From positions 30,628,001 to 30,692,000 of the forward strand of contig NC_134479.1 in assembly GCF_964194025.1 (NCBI RefSeq): 64,000 nucleotides of DNA, written 5' to 3'. Source of the stretch: Convolutriloba macropyga (Eukaryota). The translations under genes and the position numbers were made by a program. A model generated the notes under the pieces. It made no database searches. It was given only the letters and a program-made list of their open reading frames with translations, and had not been told where the DNA came from. Numbering within the stretch: the stretch's first letter is position 1; each line of letters begins with the position of its first letter. This document shows, piece after piece, positions 13,019 through 26,200 of the stretch.

Positions 13019-14373
13019 GACCACTACACTAAAGCGTATCTGCATATCATTCAAACAACCCAGAAACAAAATTTCCGGACAGAATTCTATGCTTTGAAGA
13101 AAGGTGATGATATATCCAGCTCTAGCATACTCAAACTCCTATCCCCGTTCATAGACAAAAACAACCAACTTCGAGCAAAGGCCGTTTGTCAAAAGCAAGC
13201 TTTTTGATGACTTCTTGTTACCACTTTATACTCGACGGCAATAACACTGCCACTAGATTGTTGATACAGCATACACATGAACTTAACCCCCACTGTGGTC
13301 CCGAACAAACTAGGAATATTCTAATGGAGTATTAATGGATACTTCGATGTCGAGCGGTAGTAAAACAAACCATTAGACACTATCTTCTTTGTCACCGAAT
13401 GTTCCAAGACGTTAGCATTCCTAAAATGGCAGATTTACCTCAGGAAAGGTTGCCTAAAAACAATCAATTCGTCTTCGAAACAGCTGGACTTGATTTTTTT
13501 GGACCCTTTCCTGTTAATAACAATGGCAAGCTGTCTAGTCGTTACGTGCTACTATTTACATGTCTAGTTGTCAGAGCAGTCCATCTCGAGGTTTAAAATG
13601 ACCTTAGCACCGACTCAACAATTAATTGCATAAGACGTTTTGTCAGCCGGAGAGGAAAACCCAACAAATTCATTTCACACTGCGGAAAATCATTTGTTGG
13701 TTCGAACAACAGCCTCAAGTCCAGCATCGCCGACCTAAAAGCGTCAAAATCATTTGCGGCAAAATTGCACCTTAGGAAAGTCGAAATTGTATGGAAATTC
13801 AACCCTCCAGCGGCCCCGCATTTCGGCGGAATCTGGAAGCGATTAGTGCAGATTTTCAAGTTTTCTCTCTATAAGGTCATTGGGTCACGAACCCTCACCG
13901 ATGAAATATTATGCACAGTTACGTGTGAGATAGAGGCAAATATGAACTCTAGGCCCCTAATAAACGTTCCAAGTGATATAAATGATCCTTTACCTCTTAC
14001 GCCAAAACACTTTCTTCTAGGTAGGTCTTCAGTCAATTTGCCTCCTGGCGTTTCTATTGGAGACGAAAAGAACATTTCAAAAGCTTGGCGTACATCGCAA
14101 CAAATAGCTGCTCACTTCTGCAATCGATTTCTGCGAGAGTACCTTCCAGGCCAACAAATACGTTCCAAATGGAACAAAAGTTCAAAGAATCTGAAAGTGG
14201 ACGACTTAGTATGGATCCTTGAGGACTTCACCCCCCGAGGCCTTTGGCCTGTTGCCCGAGTAACGCAAGTTTTTCCTGGAGAGGATGGGATCATTCGATC
14301 AGTCAAACTGAAAACCCCGAGCGGTGAGCGTATTAGGCCCGTCGTAATGTTAAGCAAATTGTTTCCTGATTAA
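13019..14373 (+). pseudogene. BEL/Pao integrase with C-terminal DUF5641-like region, inactivated
   Basis: GLDFFGPF, RAVHLEV, PHFGGIWKRLV, NSRPL, LTPKHFLLG, WPVARVTQVFPGEDGIIRSV; internal stops and frameshifts; the expected catalytic SD and WE read SH and WK. Confidence 0.9.
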
Positions 14374-14931
14374 ATTTCGAATCCATAAGTTCTACTATGA
14401 AAAATGCAGTTAACGGATTGTATTTATTGGATCCCAAATGAACCAATACATCGACGCCATAACTTATTATTCCCTTTGCACCAATTCAAATAATTTCATG
14501 GTGAAACCGTCATTATAGCAATGGCTTGCACTTTTTTGGTCTCATACGCTTTCATAAGTGTTACCTTGTTTTATTCCCCATTACTTTGGACTACGTTCGC
14601 GACTACTCTGATTATATTGAATTAACGCTTTCCAATTGCCAATGATTGTGTTATATGGCGACTTCTTATCGATGGCGCTCGTTTTAACCTTTTAGTGACA
14701 TTAAATCTAAGAGGATCGTCTCAAACCCCATGGCTCTCATTTGACAATTTAGGTTATTTCGTTTGGTAATTCCGTTATTAATTTAGGTGAATTGCTTTTG
14801 ACGAACCACCCGATTAGGTTTGTACCCTTGTATTTCCATTACCCTTATTTTGAATTTATTTCATTATTCAGCTGGATGGATGATTCAACACTTACTCCAA
14901 CAGTATTATTCATTTTTGCAATCCTGCAAAT

Positions 14932-14942
14932 GGGGCCGGCGA
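14932..14942 (+). promoter_or_regulatory. Polypurine tract
   Basis: GGGGCCGGCGA abutting the 3' LTR, the interrupted purine tract typical of BEL/Pao. Confidence 0.7.
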
Positions 14943-15161
14943 TGTCAAGAACAGGTTGACTTTTGATCGATTTCAACGAAAAATACACCAAAACGAAAAC
15001 ACAATTATTGTCAAAACCTGACGGAAGTAGTCGACTTCTCAAAAAAACCTTTTATAGCAACAAACAAGCGAAACAAAACGAATCAAATTTAATTTTACTT
15101 TAATAATACACAATCAAAATAGTCCTAAGCATCCCCCCAATTCCAACACAATTCATTAACA
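14943..15161 (+). repeat. 3' LTR (219 bp)
   Basis: Direct repeat of 6585-6803, followed by TSD GTTCT. Confidence 0.95.
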
Positions 15162-15344
15162 GTTCTATTTGATGTGGGGATGTGGGGGAGGGGGTTTAAG
15201 ATCCTGAAAGTTTATTTTCTATGATATTTAAAAGACTGAACTCTACTAGGCTGAACTCACGGGAAGACAGCCTTGTAGTAGTAGGTATTATTACACATCC
15301 CCCATTGATAGACGGCTGTTACAAAATGAACAGTTACTTTGTAA

Positions 15345-15700
15345 AACACTTGAAAGACGAACATTCGCGTTGCATGAATCTTGTAAGATTAACGGTTATC
15401 TGATGAGTCTTGTAAGAGCCCTTACAAGATGACGCATATTCATGCAAGAGTCTTGCAAGATCTTAGCAGATAACAGTCCCAATTTGAATAGGGTTGAAAG
15501 ACGAACATTCGCGTTGCATGAATCTTGTAAGATAAATGTTTATCTTATCTTGTTAGATTCTTGTAAAACAAATACTTGTTTTGTAAGATTCTGTCAGAGA
15601 ATCTTGTAAGACTATGTTTTGTCTCGCAGGATTCTGACAGAATCTTACAAGATTTCAAAAGGTAACATTATGGCCAGTTTACTCGGCAGGGGGTTGGATA
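15345..15700. repeat. TCTTGYAAGA-motif palindromic repeat (MITE-like family)
   Basis: Multiple TCTTGTAAGA/TCTTACAAGA/TCTTGCAAGA in both orientations; exact internal duplication TTGAAAGACGAACATTCGCGTTGCATGAATCTTGTAAGAT (~15350 and ~15495). Confidence 0.75.
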
Positions 15701-15834
15701 TGAGGAAACTCGCACAGACAAAAGAAATTTTATGTAGAAAGCGGTAGTAAAGTTCTAAGAGAATTTCTCATCAACTTAGTGTCCTTGAGTTTTATCAGTT
15801 TATAATGTTGCTCAAGAAAAAGATGCCATGAAAA

Positions 15835-18600
15835 ATCTTAGCTTCTCCAATGAAGTGAATTGAAGAGCAAATCAATAAAAGGTGTCAAAAACGGGATTTT
15901 CTAACCAAAATCCCGAACAAATAAATAAGGAATGACCTCCGTCTGCCAATTTGTAACACCTGGCGGTAAATTTTGGGTGAATGACGGAGAATTGATGTCA
16001 AATTACCGTTTCAAATTTGTTTCTTTAATAAAAAAGATCGTACGCCTCTTTTCAGCCGTTTTAAAATCAATCTCCCCTATGATTTTCTAAGATAACACAT
16101 AACAAGATCGGATAGTTTGATTTCTCTGAGAGAATTAATTGTGTGTCAGAGAGAGTTCTTCAGAGAGAGAGTATCAATAATAAGTCCGCGATGGTCTTCA
16201 ACAAACTGTTATCTGTAAATGTCCAGCAGTTCTGTGATGCAAAACTAAAAGAAGATGCACTTCCGTGTATACTCTTTTTCTTTTGCAAAATAACTATCCA
16301 ACTTGACACTTAAGCATAGAATTGTTGGACTCGAATACAGTGTTACAGAATTGCATTGTTTGAGTTTTGCAATTAGATAGCATCTGAAATAAGAAAAACG
16401 TATGTTTTGTTTGAACTTGAAACGCAATTTCTTAGCTTGAACCCCACACAAAAACGAACACTTCTTCTGCTCATTGGCGCTTGATAAACAATAATAAAGA
16501 GCACCAACAGACCATTAAAGATGCTTTGTGACGAGAGTTTCCAACCTACAGAAAAAATTTTCAAACAAATGGCAGGCAGAAAAACGGCTATTTTTCAGGA
16601 ATTATGCCGTAAAAAGAATTTCATAGCAACACTTCTGTTTTTGACCATTTTTCTGTTCTCTTGAAGGGCTTGATTGCGAGAATGTTTAATTTCTTGAAAG
16701 ATTTCGGTCCATATAAATTTGAATTTTTAAAACTCTTGCGAGATGTGCTTTCAATTCCCGTAAAATGAGACTTTTTTCAATCAGCCGTTTGTTTGACAAC
16801 TTTGCCATATATTGGAACCGCACATCGTAAAGCAAATCCGGTTGTTTGTTGCTGCTCTTCCTTATTACTTATCAGGCATAACGATCGGAAGTTTTTCTGG
16901 TTTCGTGATCAAGCTATGGAGTTTGCTTGTAGTTCAAATATAAAATAGGTTTATTCACATTTCAAATGCATTCTAATTGCAAAAGTCTAAAAATGAAAGC
17001 TTTCTATCGTCTTTAGTTCAAAAACTTATTGTTTTTTTTTATTCCCTTGAATTTAATCAGTTCATCTTGTTGCTTAAGAAAAAGACGCTATGTAATTCCT
17101 TCCATCACAGGAGAAAACGGTCAGAAGAAAAATCGTTAGTACAAACAATTTCATACGGGAGTCCAACAGGACTAAAATAAACCCAAAAATTTGTTTGAGG
17201 GCCAAGAGAAAGGATGCAACTTGTTCTACAAAAATTACTTGTTGCTCAAATTCTTTGCTTCTCTCATGAAATGAATTGCAGAAAAAATCAATAAAAAGCG
17301 TGGAAAACGGGACTTTCTAACCAAAAACTGGACGAAATAAACTCTGAATCACCTCCGGCCATAAATTTGTAACAGCTGGCCTCGAAATTTTGGGTACATG
17401 ACAGAAAATTGCTGACAAATTAGCTTTTCTTATAAAAATGTTACGAATATAAACCTTTGTTTCTTTATCGCCAGTTGTTTCTCCATGGCTAAAATCCCTT
17501 GATTTGCATGAATACTTCAACCTTTGTTCTGTCACAGTTGAAAACAGTCAGAAAAATTGTTAATACACAAATGTTCAACAGGAATAAAATAAACCCAAAA
17601 ATTTGTTTGAGGACCAATAGAAAGGATGCAACCATGAAGAGGTTTTTAAATCAACCTCTTCTCTGATATTTCAAGACAACACATAACAAAATCGGGCAGT
17701 TTGAATTCTCTGAAAAAATTATTCCAGTGGAGATCTTCAGAAAAAGGATCAATAATAAGTCCGCGACGGTCAGCAACCAATTTTTTTTCTGTTAATATCT
17801 TGCAATTCTCTGATAAGAAACTAAAAGAAGACGCAGTTCCAAACAAATTATTTCCCTTATTGCCAAGTTATTGCAAAATAACTTTGGTTTTGACACTTAA
17901 GTATAGAAATGTTGAAGTGGAATACATTGATAAAAAATTTGCCTTGATATGTGAAAAACGCACGTTTTGCTTGAATTGGAATCGCAGTTGCTCAGCTTGA
18001 ACCCCACAACAAAACGAACACTTGTTGTTCTCGTTAGTGCCTGATAAACAATATTAAAGAGCACCAGCAAACCATTAAAGATACCGTATGATGAGGGTTT
18101 CCAAATTACAGCAAAATTTTCAAACAAATGACAGACAGAAAAACGGCTACTTTTCGGGAATTCTGTCCTAAAAATGAAATATATAGCTCTACTTCTGTTT
18201 TTGTGATCATTTTTTGTTGTTTTGAAAGGCTTGATTACGAGAAAAAAAATTTCTTGAAAGATTTGGCCCATATGAATGGAATTTTTTAAAACTCTTGCGA
18301 GATGTGGTTTCCACTCTTGTAAAATAAGAGTTTTTTTTAATCCGCCATTTGTTTGGAAAATTTTTTATATATTGGAATCTCTCATCATAGAGCAGCTTTT
18401 AGTTGTTTGTTGCTGCTGTTCCTTATTATTTATCAGGCACTAACTAACAGAATATTTTTTTGGTTTGAAGTTCAAGCTAAAAAAAATGGAGTTTGCTTGT
18501 AGTTCAAGCACAAAATAGGTTTGTCTACATTTCAAATGCATTCCAATTTCAAGATTCCAACAATGAAAGTTTTTTTGCCTTCCAGTTCAAAAATTCTACT
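15835..18600. repeat. Diverged tandem duplication, ~1.4-1.6 kb period (15835-17030 vs 17255-18590)
   Basis: Long colinear blocks e.g. ATCAATAATAAGTCCGCGA, AGCTTGAACCCCACA, AAACTCTTGCGAGATGTG, ATGGAGTTTGCTTGTAGTTCAA, ACATTTCAAATGCATTC. Confidence 0.9.
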
Positions 18601-21469
18601 TGAAAATTTTAATATTTTTGGCTTTTTTAATTTTTATTTTTTAGTTTATTGTTTATTGACAATCATGTTGTATATGCTGATAATTATGTACATCTAAAAC
18701 ATTTAACGATTCCACTTTAAATACAAGCTACAAGCACGGTCCAGTCAAATTCTATAGATGTTTCAAATTAACATGAATCAGCTTCATGAAAGCTGTTGTG
18801 ATAACCAAAAGTCAAACGCTTTTACAATTTTTTAAGTTAAGAATAATTTAGCTGCTGTTCTTTAGAAAGTGACTAATAAGATTTCATAATCAAAATAATC
18901 TAGTGAAACCACAAAAGTTTCAAATTATTGAAAAAGATGATAAACAGCTCTTGAAAAGATTTTATTTTCTCTTGAACTGAATTTTAACCGAAAATATTGG
19001 CAAATTGTGATTTTAAGTTCCATTTAAAGCAGATATAGATAAATTTTGAACTCAATTGCCCAGTAAAATTAGAGTCATACAGTGACGCTAAATTTTGCGG
19101 TAAGAGTAACTGATACTAAAAACATAAGAGAAGAATATAGCCTTCATAAAATACTATTCGGCCATAAATTTAAAAACTTTTGAATCTCGATGTTTTCTTT
19201 ATAAAAACCGATCTGCAAATATAAATTTTATGTCATAACCTAAAACATAAGCCGTCGTAAAATAATTTTAAATGAAATAAATTTTAAATTTGAAACGAAA
19301 TAAGAAATTTAAAGCGTTTTACTCATAAATGGCATTTTAAAAACTGCCATTTAGTTTTGCATATTAATTCACGTTCAAGTGAGCAAATAAATGTTCAAGC
19401 AACGTTCACGTATTTTGCGCTGTAAGGTCTAAATTTGTTGTTTTTTCGGTTTATTGTTTACGTATGTACACCTGGTTTGTGTGGAGCAATCAATCTGTCG
19501 ATTACAATGTAAACAAAAGAGGAATTAAAAATTGTGAAGAGAATTTAGGGAATCATTAGGTTGGAGGGAATCACTCTTTAGATTGTTTTGAGATCAGAAT
19601 GCTTAGGTACTTTTGTAAACAATGATTCCATTGTATATGGATAATTGTAAAACTGTCTCCGTTTCGTCAGAGCCTCGTCTGGAAATTTTGTCGAGAATCG
19701 TTTCCAAAAAACCGTCAATTAAATTTTTGCAAAACTGAATATGAATTGTAGCAAAATTTATGCCGTACAAGCCGATCAGCGTGGATGAAAAATTAATCAG
19801 CTTTGATAGAGATTAGAAACTACAGAGAGCAGAACATTAAAAAATCTATTCACGAATTTGAAAAAAAAAATCGAGTTTGAGTATAAAAATATAAAAAAAG
19901 GCTAGAAAAAATTGAAAAAAAAAGACAGAAATTCAGCGCGCTATAAGCATGTACAGAAAATATTGTAAGCTATGCGCAAAGGCGTATCTCCTGCAAAAAA
20001 AAATGAAACATAAGACGAGCTCGCGAAAGCAATAATCAAAATCAGTTTTATATATTGATCTTTAAAAGCAAATGCTCCGCTGAAAACAATGTACAGAGGG
20101 TCCGTCCCTAAACAATAAAGAGAGTTCTATCATTCTACTTGGAGTAAATTCGAGTCACTAGTATCTAAATTTAGAAATGAACAAGGCGGCTCGTTAATGT
20201 GCGTTCGCACATGATGTTCCGACCCGAGCTCATCTACATTTGTGACTAAATTGTCAACCAAATGAAGAGATAACAAAAATAAATGTTTGAGTTTCAAACA
20301 ATCCCTACACAACTTATCTACTAATTGAATTACATAATGCCATGACTCATTACAGCGCCAAAGTGATCTGACATCAAAGAGACTAAGAGACAAAAAAAAC
20401 AAACAACAAAATTAGTACCAACAAAAATTTCACGCAAAACAAAATATCTAAAATTAAAAACACCTAGTAACAACGTCAAAAAGCAGTAAGTCAAAACCTT
20501 AACAGCAGATGGAGAGTTTTTTTTTAATGAGACTAGGTAACAAGCCGACAAAAAGAACGAACAGTGAGGCGAAACTTAGAAATTAATCAACATGATTACA
20601 CCAAGAAATGAAAGAAATTTAACTAAATAATCCTTGATAAATTAATAAAAAGTTATTACAAAACCAAATGGATCTGTCTTTGGTTAGAATCAGCCATAGA
20701 AACTAAAACAATAGAAACTGAAAAAAATACGAACGATTTGCAAAAACACAAATTATTGCTACCATTCAAATCATTAGCTATCATCTGAATATTATGTATT
20801 TTTTATTTCAGTTGTTATTTCTACTAATTACGCTGAAAAGTTTACAGTGAGAGATTAAATAGGTTTACTTGGGCCACATTTGAAAACACTTGGGATCTGT
20901 TATTACGCGATTAATCTGAAAGACGAGAAAAGAAACACAAAATTTGGCCACTCAATAAACGTTCAGAAAAACGCATATTGCCTAACAAAAAAAATATTAG
21001 TGAAAAATATTATCAACAGATATGTTATTTCTTGAAATACAAAAAAAAGATTGGACCTCTCATTGATGAAAATAAGTTACAATTTGACGCAAAGAACAAC
21101 AAAAACTAAAAAGTTGGAAAAATATTTCAAAATGTTTATCAAAACTTCAAGATTATTCACTTTAAACTGACTGCTTCGGGTAACATCAATCATTCAATCC
21201 TCAATTACAAGCCTATTAGACCTGTCATCAATTTGCGGCTACCTAATGAACAAAATCAGCAAATTCAAGAAAAAGATGAGCGAGAAAAAAGTCGAAGGCA
21301 ATAAAAAAAAGAAATTTTCACTAAAAACTCTTCTATTTTCTATTATTTTTAAAAAGCAATGGCATTTTTATCTTTTTATCAATATAATTTCAAAAAATCA
21401 ACAATTATGAAGAAATACATTAGAATCACGAATTTTTCGAGGAAACACGTATTATCAACGACATTAAAT

Positions 21470-22480
21470 TCATTAGCTTTCAACGGAAGCCAGTAAATAC
21501 GCTAAACTATGCCTCGATGGGACAACAAGTTTGTTTGCCCATCATATTACAGCAAAAAAACTTTACAACAAGCTATTGACCATGAAAACAACAACAAAGA
21601 CAGGCAAAAACCAAAAAATCAGTAGAAAAAGGCCAGAAGAAAATGTTGAAGCAATTCAAGTCGTAAGCTCTTCTCTGAAAACTTTATCTATGATCCGTTG
21701 AACTTCTTACTTGAACCAATGGGGACTATCAGCAGGAGGATGATGTGATAAGATTTCAAAAGGATCCAAAAATAAAATAAAGTACCCGAAAATTAAAAAA
21801 AAATTAAGAAATCAAGTGGTATTAAATTTTTAAAACTAATAAGTAGAAGATAAAGCCGCTAACCAGATTAATTTTGGCTGTAGTAGAACGAAAAGGGATT
21901 TTGTTGGTACTGACATTGACCAGAACCTCACGAAAAAAAGTTTAAGATTGGTTAATGTTCAAAAAAATTTTCGAATTCTTTGAATTATTTTGATTTATTT
22001 TTGAACTTTTAACAGCCATTAAACTCAAAATCTTTCACCGGAGCTCAATAACTACGCTCAGATATAACCCGATGGGAGACAAAGGTTGTTTGTCACGCAT
22101 AGAAAAATAAAACCGAAAATTCAAAAGAAAAGTGCGAGAAGAACGTGTCGAAGCCATCTAAAACATAAATTTTTCTAAAAAATTTTTATCTGTCATCCAC
22201 TGAACATCTTCTTTAAGCCAATCGGAGATATCAATATTTGGATAATGTGATAAGATTTCAAAAGTAACCAATAATAAGAACATTTCAAAAAACTTTTTTT
22301 GAATTTTTTGAAATCTTGTGTCATTGAAGTATATAACCAATAGTTAGAAAATAAAAGCGCTAATCAGATTAAATTTGGTTGCAGTAGGAAGGAGGAGGGT
22401 GCTCTCACCCCTGTACTGACTCAGAGTTCACGATAAAAGTTTTTTGAATCTTTAATGTTCAAAAAAATTCGAAAAATTAT
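21470..22480. repeat. Diverged tandem duplication, ~0.5 kb unit
   Basis: Shared ATGTGATAAGATTTCAAAAG, CGCTAAYCAGATTA, TTAATGTTCAAAAAAATT, CGATGGGA-ACAA. Confidence 0.75.
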
Positions 22481-23019
22481 TTTATCGTGAACAATTTTAT
22501 CGTGAAAAATTATTTTATCGTCTTAAGAGCCATTAGCTGTCCCCTGAAAGCACTAGATATGTTCACATAATGCTCATCATGGAACATATTGCACTGTTAG
22601 TCAACGAATCAATGCCATAGGACTCAAAAAAATTAGTAAAACCTCAAAAAGAAATTAAAGATTTCATTTAAAAAAATATAAAAACTCAGAATCGAAGCCA
22701 AAAAAAACATGCACAATTCCTTGAAAACGATGTTTTTGTTCGTTGGGCTTCATTTGAAATGTAAAGAAGGTTTGTCATTAATAGAACCTCGATATAAAAA
22801 GGTGACTTAAAAAAAGCAAAAAAGTGAAAAATTTTATAAAAAAAAAGCTCTCAAAAAGAATTCGACTTTTTTTTCATAGTGAACTTCCCTACGAGACCAG
22901 AACTAGTATTTTTTTATCGCCTTTAGTCTACTAGGAACACAAAATTGGTCCATTTTTTGGCGCGAAATTTAATTTTGAAATACTTTTTTTATAGAAAACT
23001 TTTTGAGAAAAACTACACT

Positions 23020-23253
23020 AAAAGTGAACAAAACATCCCGTGTTCACACAAAACTTCAATCCTCGATAACTCCTCGAAAAAAAAACGAAAATCAAAAAGA
23101 CATTTTTAATTTCAAATTCTACGCCGGATGAATTTTTTGAAGAAACCACTCATTTTTCTCTACGACGAATATATCGATCGGCCAAAATTGACTGAACAAA
23201 AAAAACCGTTTGAGTATAGAGTTCCTCCCCCCCACAAGTGGGGTCGGAACAAT
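23020..23253 (+). repeat. Dispersed repeat ending in a Tc1/mariner-like terminal sequence
   Basis: Direct copy at 26930-27173 and inverted homologue at 43070-43145; core CCAAAATTGACTGAACAAA...TTCCTCCC. Confidence 0.6.
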
Positions 23254-26200
23254 TACGAGATAAATTTCTTATTTGACCTATGCAAACGATGACAAATCCT
23301 CAAGCTTTATAGATAGTAAACTCTAGAATTGTGAAAAAAAAAAATAAAACAATTTGGGAATGAAATTTTTGTCAGAGAATTGACGAGATAACTGATGAAA
23401 GTGGCCCCTAAACGATTTAAAGATATGTTTCAGTAAAAATTGGCGACTTTTACTACACCTTTAATTTGTTTCTGTTCCACCACTCTAAGCATAGCTCTGC
23501 TTTTTCTGTTCTCAAGTCTTTGAAGGGTCTAAAAAGTTTGGAAAAAACTAGGCTCCCAAATTTGACTAATTTCAGGTGCACTAATGAGTTTGAATTGGTT
23601 ACCATATTATTGTAAGCCTTCAAGTGTTTTCTATTTTAGGAGCAAGGTGAACAGAAAAACTTTTATGTCGACTAAACAATTGTTTTAAAAACGTCACTTG
23701 AATTAATCACGTAAGTTTTTCTCGTTCGCTGAGTTTTGAGAATTTGTAAAACAAAATAAATTTCAACTGATCATCCAACTTGAGTACGCCGATTGCCGTT
23801 AGAAAGAGGGCTTGCAGCTCAAAATTAGAAAATATATATTTTTGTAAAGTTCCTTCAGTTCTTCTAACTCCATTTTCTGCTCTCTTGGTTCCTGATTGCC
23901 TAAAAATTCTGTCACTATAGCATAAGAAAAACAACTTTGATAAGAAATTGCATTGCGCAAACAACGTTTTAAGAGTACAGAAATATTCGACAAATCAATA
24001 AAAAAATATAATAAATCCTCGAAAAACTAATGCATTGAGCTTTGGCTGAATACTAGTAAGCTAAACTGATATGCGTCCGCATATTATGCTCTGACACCGC
24101 ATATCCACAAGTTTGGTCTAACTGTCTATCAAATGATAGAAAAAAAAACTTTCAAAAAATCTAGCACATTCTTAAAAAGATAATTGTTGTATGAATAAAA
24201 AAAAATTAAGTCAAACTTAAATCATTCAGTACATTAACTAATGTCCCATTAGTGGGCCGATGAGACTTTCCACTATTAAAAAAACGAAATGAGACCCAAA
24301 ACTAACAAAAAAATTTGCTTCCAAAACTCAATCAACAAACACAGCTTGTTTTTTGAAGAATAGAAAATTACACAATAACAAAGTCAAAATGGTGTCAAAT
24401 GAAACTTTAACTCAACAAACAATTTTTGTTCTCCACCAAAAAACCATGGTACCAATCGCTGATGAAACTCAGTAACAAATAGACAAAAAAGAACGAAAAT
24501 GACATATTTAAAAGTATACGTTTACGTTTTCTTGAAAACAAAATATTTCCAATTTTGAAAAGCATTGTTTATCAAATGAAAACTTTAAACTAATTTCTGT
24601 TCATTCAAACTGCATAATGAAAACCTTTAGATACGTCACTAACCAGAATATGTCTTACGTGTACTAAAACAAAGGACAAAATAAGACGACGAAAATAATA
24701 AATTTTGCAAGAAAACGGCGTTAAAGATATTAAAACCATTATCTTATCCGTGATCATCAGATACAGTAAACTGCACCTTCTTTGATTGCAGTGAAGAAAT
24801 GTGCGACAACTGAGCGATCAAAAAAATGTGCGATCAAAAATGAGACTAGGTAACAAGTATTAGAAAATGAACAAAAAATGAAAAGTTGCGAAAAAAACGT
24901 TTGTATAATTCAAAAACAGTATATTCCAAAAAGCAAAAGCTAGCAACTGAAATCAAAAAAAAGTTTCTTTATTTATCGAAAAAAAACCGTTATGTTATAC
25001 GTTTAAAAAAATTTTGGATAATTCAAAAAATTAAAAAAAGATTTTCGCAAAAAAAATCATATCGAAGCCGTTTTAAAAAAAGATCTAAAAACCTTAGGCA
25101 TGTTCAATTGTGATTTTTTCAATAATCAGAAAACTGATAATAGAGCCGTATTTAATGAGACTAAGTAACAAGTAGACAAAAAAACACCAAAATCCAGACT
25201 GAAAAAAACAGACCAATATTTTTTGAATCTGTTTCCAAAGTCATGAAAAACTTTTTTGATCAACTGAAATCAGTACAACAGTTCTTTTACTCGTCATTAA
25301 AATTTGCTGAGACCCAAAAATTAGCCAATGTTTGTCAAAAGACCACAAAGAAGAACGGCAAACAAAGACCAAAATCAGAGATTAAATTATTTATTTAAGA
25401 AGAACCGGTGTCGAGGCGTTTGAAACAATTAGCGGAGCACTAAAAATAGGCAATCTAATCAATTGCGGTTTTCCTCAACAACAAAATTTTAAAATGCACC
25501 TGCAATTTTAGAGACTAAGAACGAAGTAGACTCTGAGAAAAGAACAACAAAGTTTAAGTTTCCAAAATAATTCTATACATTTTTTAAAAAAAAACTTCAT
25601 TCAAGTGATGAGAAAAATTAGCTATCAAGAGCAAATCGAAACCTAAGTTCATTTCACCATCTATAGGAAGCCGTTAAGACTTACATATGTTCAGGATATG
25701 TAAAAAGTTTACAGACAAACAACAATTAACGACAAAAAAAATTCAGTTTGATTGTGCTAGAAGACGGTATAGAAAGCAGTTAGAACCATAATTTAGTCAC
25801 TGAAAAACTGATGCGTTCAATTTTGCTTTCATTTTGAAAGTCAAATATTTGATATATTAGTGGTCAATAATGTGACAAGAAAAAACCATTAAAAGTGATG
25901 CAGAAAAACCATTACTCAAAAAGTAAACCGCCTTGAAAATTAAAATTTAATTGAGTAGAAACACGATCTGGACTCTTTTTCCTGACTTCAGGCTCAAAAA
26001 TGGAAGAAACAGAAAAAATTTGCTAAGTTGAAAAATCCGTTGTTTATTTTATTTATTTTAAGCTTTTGAAACTGACAAAAACCGCAAACTTTCGACTATG
26101 AATTTAAAAAGGTTTCCATGAAACACCCTAGGAAGCCTATGAACGTGAAACCAGCAAAAAACAAAATTTTTCAAACGAAATGAATGGACTGATTACAAAC

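Larger units (their letters stand above)
6585..15161 (+). mobile_element. Full-length, decayed BEL/Pao LTR retrotransposon
   Basis: Two 219-bp TG..CA LTRs, 5-bp TSD GTTCT (6580-6584 and 15162-15166), PBS, PPT, and gag-PR-RT-RNaseH-IN order with BEL-type motifs. Confidence 0.97.

Noticed and set aside
8692-14373. Programmed frameshifts, or mismatch between LTR age and ORF decay
   Set aside because: BEL gag-pol is normally a single ORF; the breaks and catalytic substitutions are compatible with ~3% LTR divergence.
15399-15440. Hammerhead ribozyme (CTGATGAG plus stem)
   Set aside because: The stem is followed by GACG, not GAAA, and is part of the TCTTGTAAGA palindromic repeat.
17701-18000. THAP domain (KKLKEDAVP)
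   Set aside because: The upstream C2CH zinc ligands and conserved W/F spacing are missing, and the motif is not kept in the duplicate.
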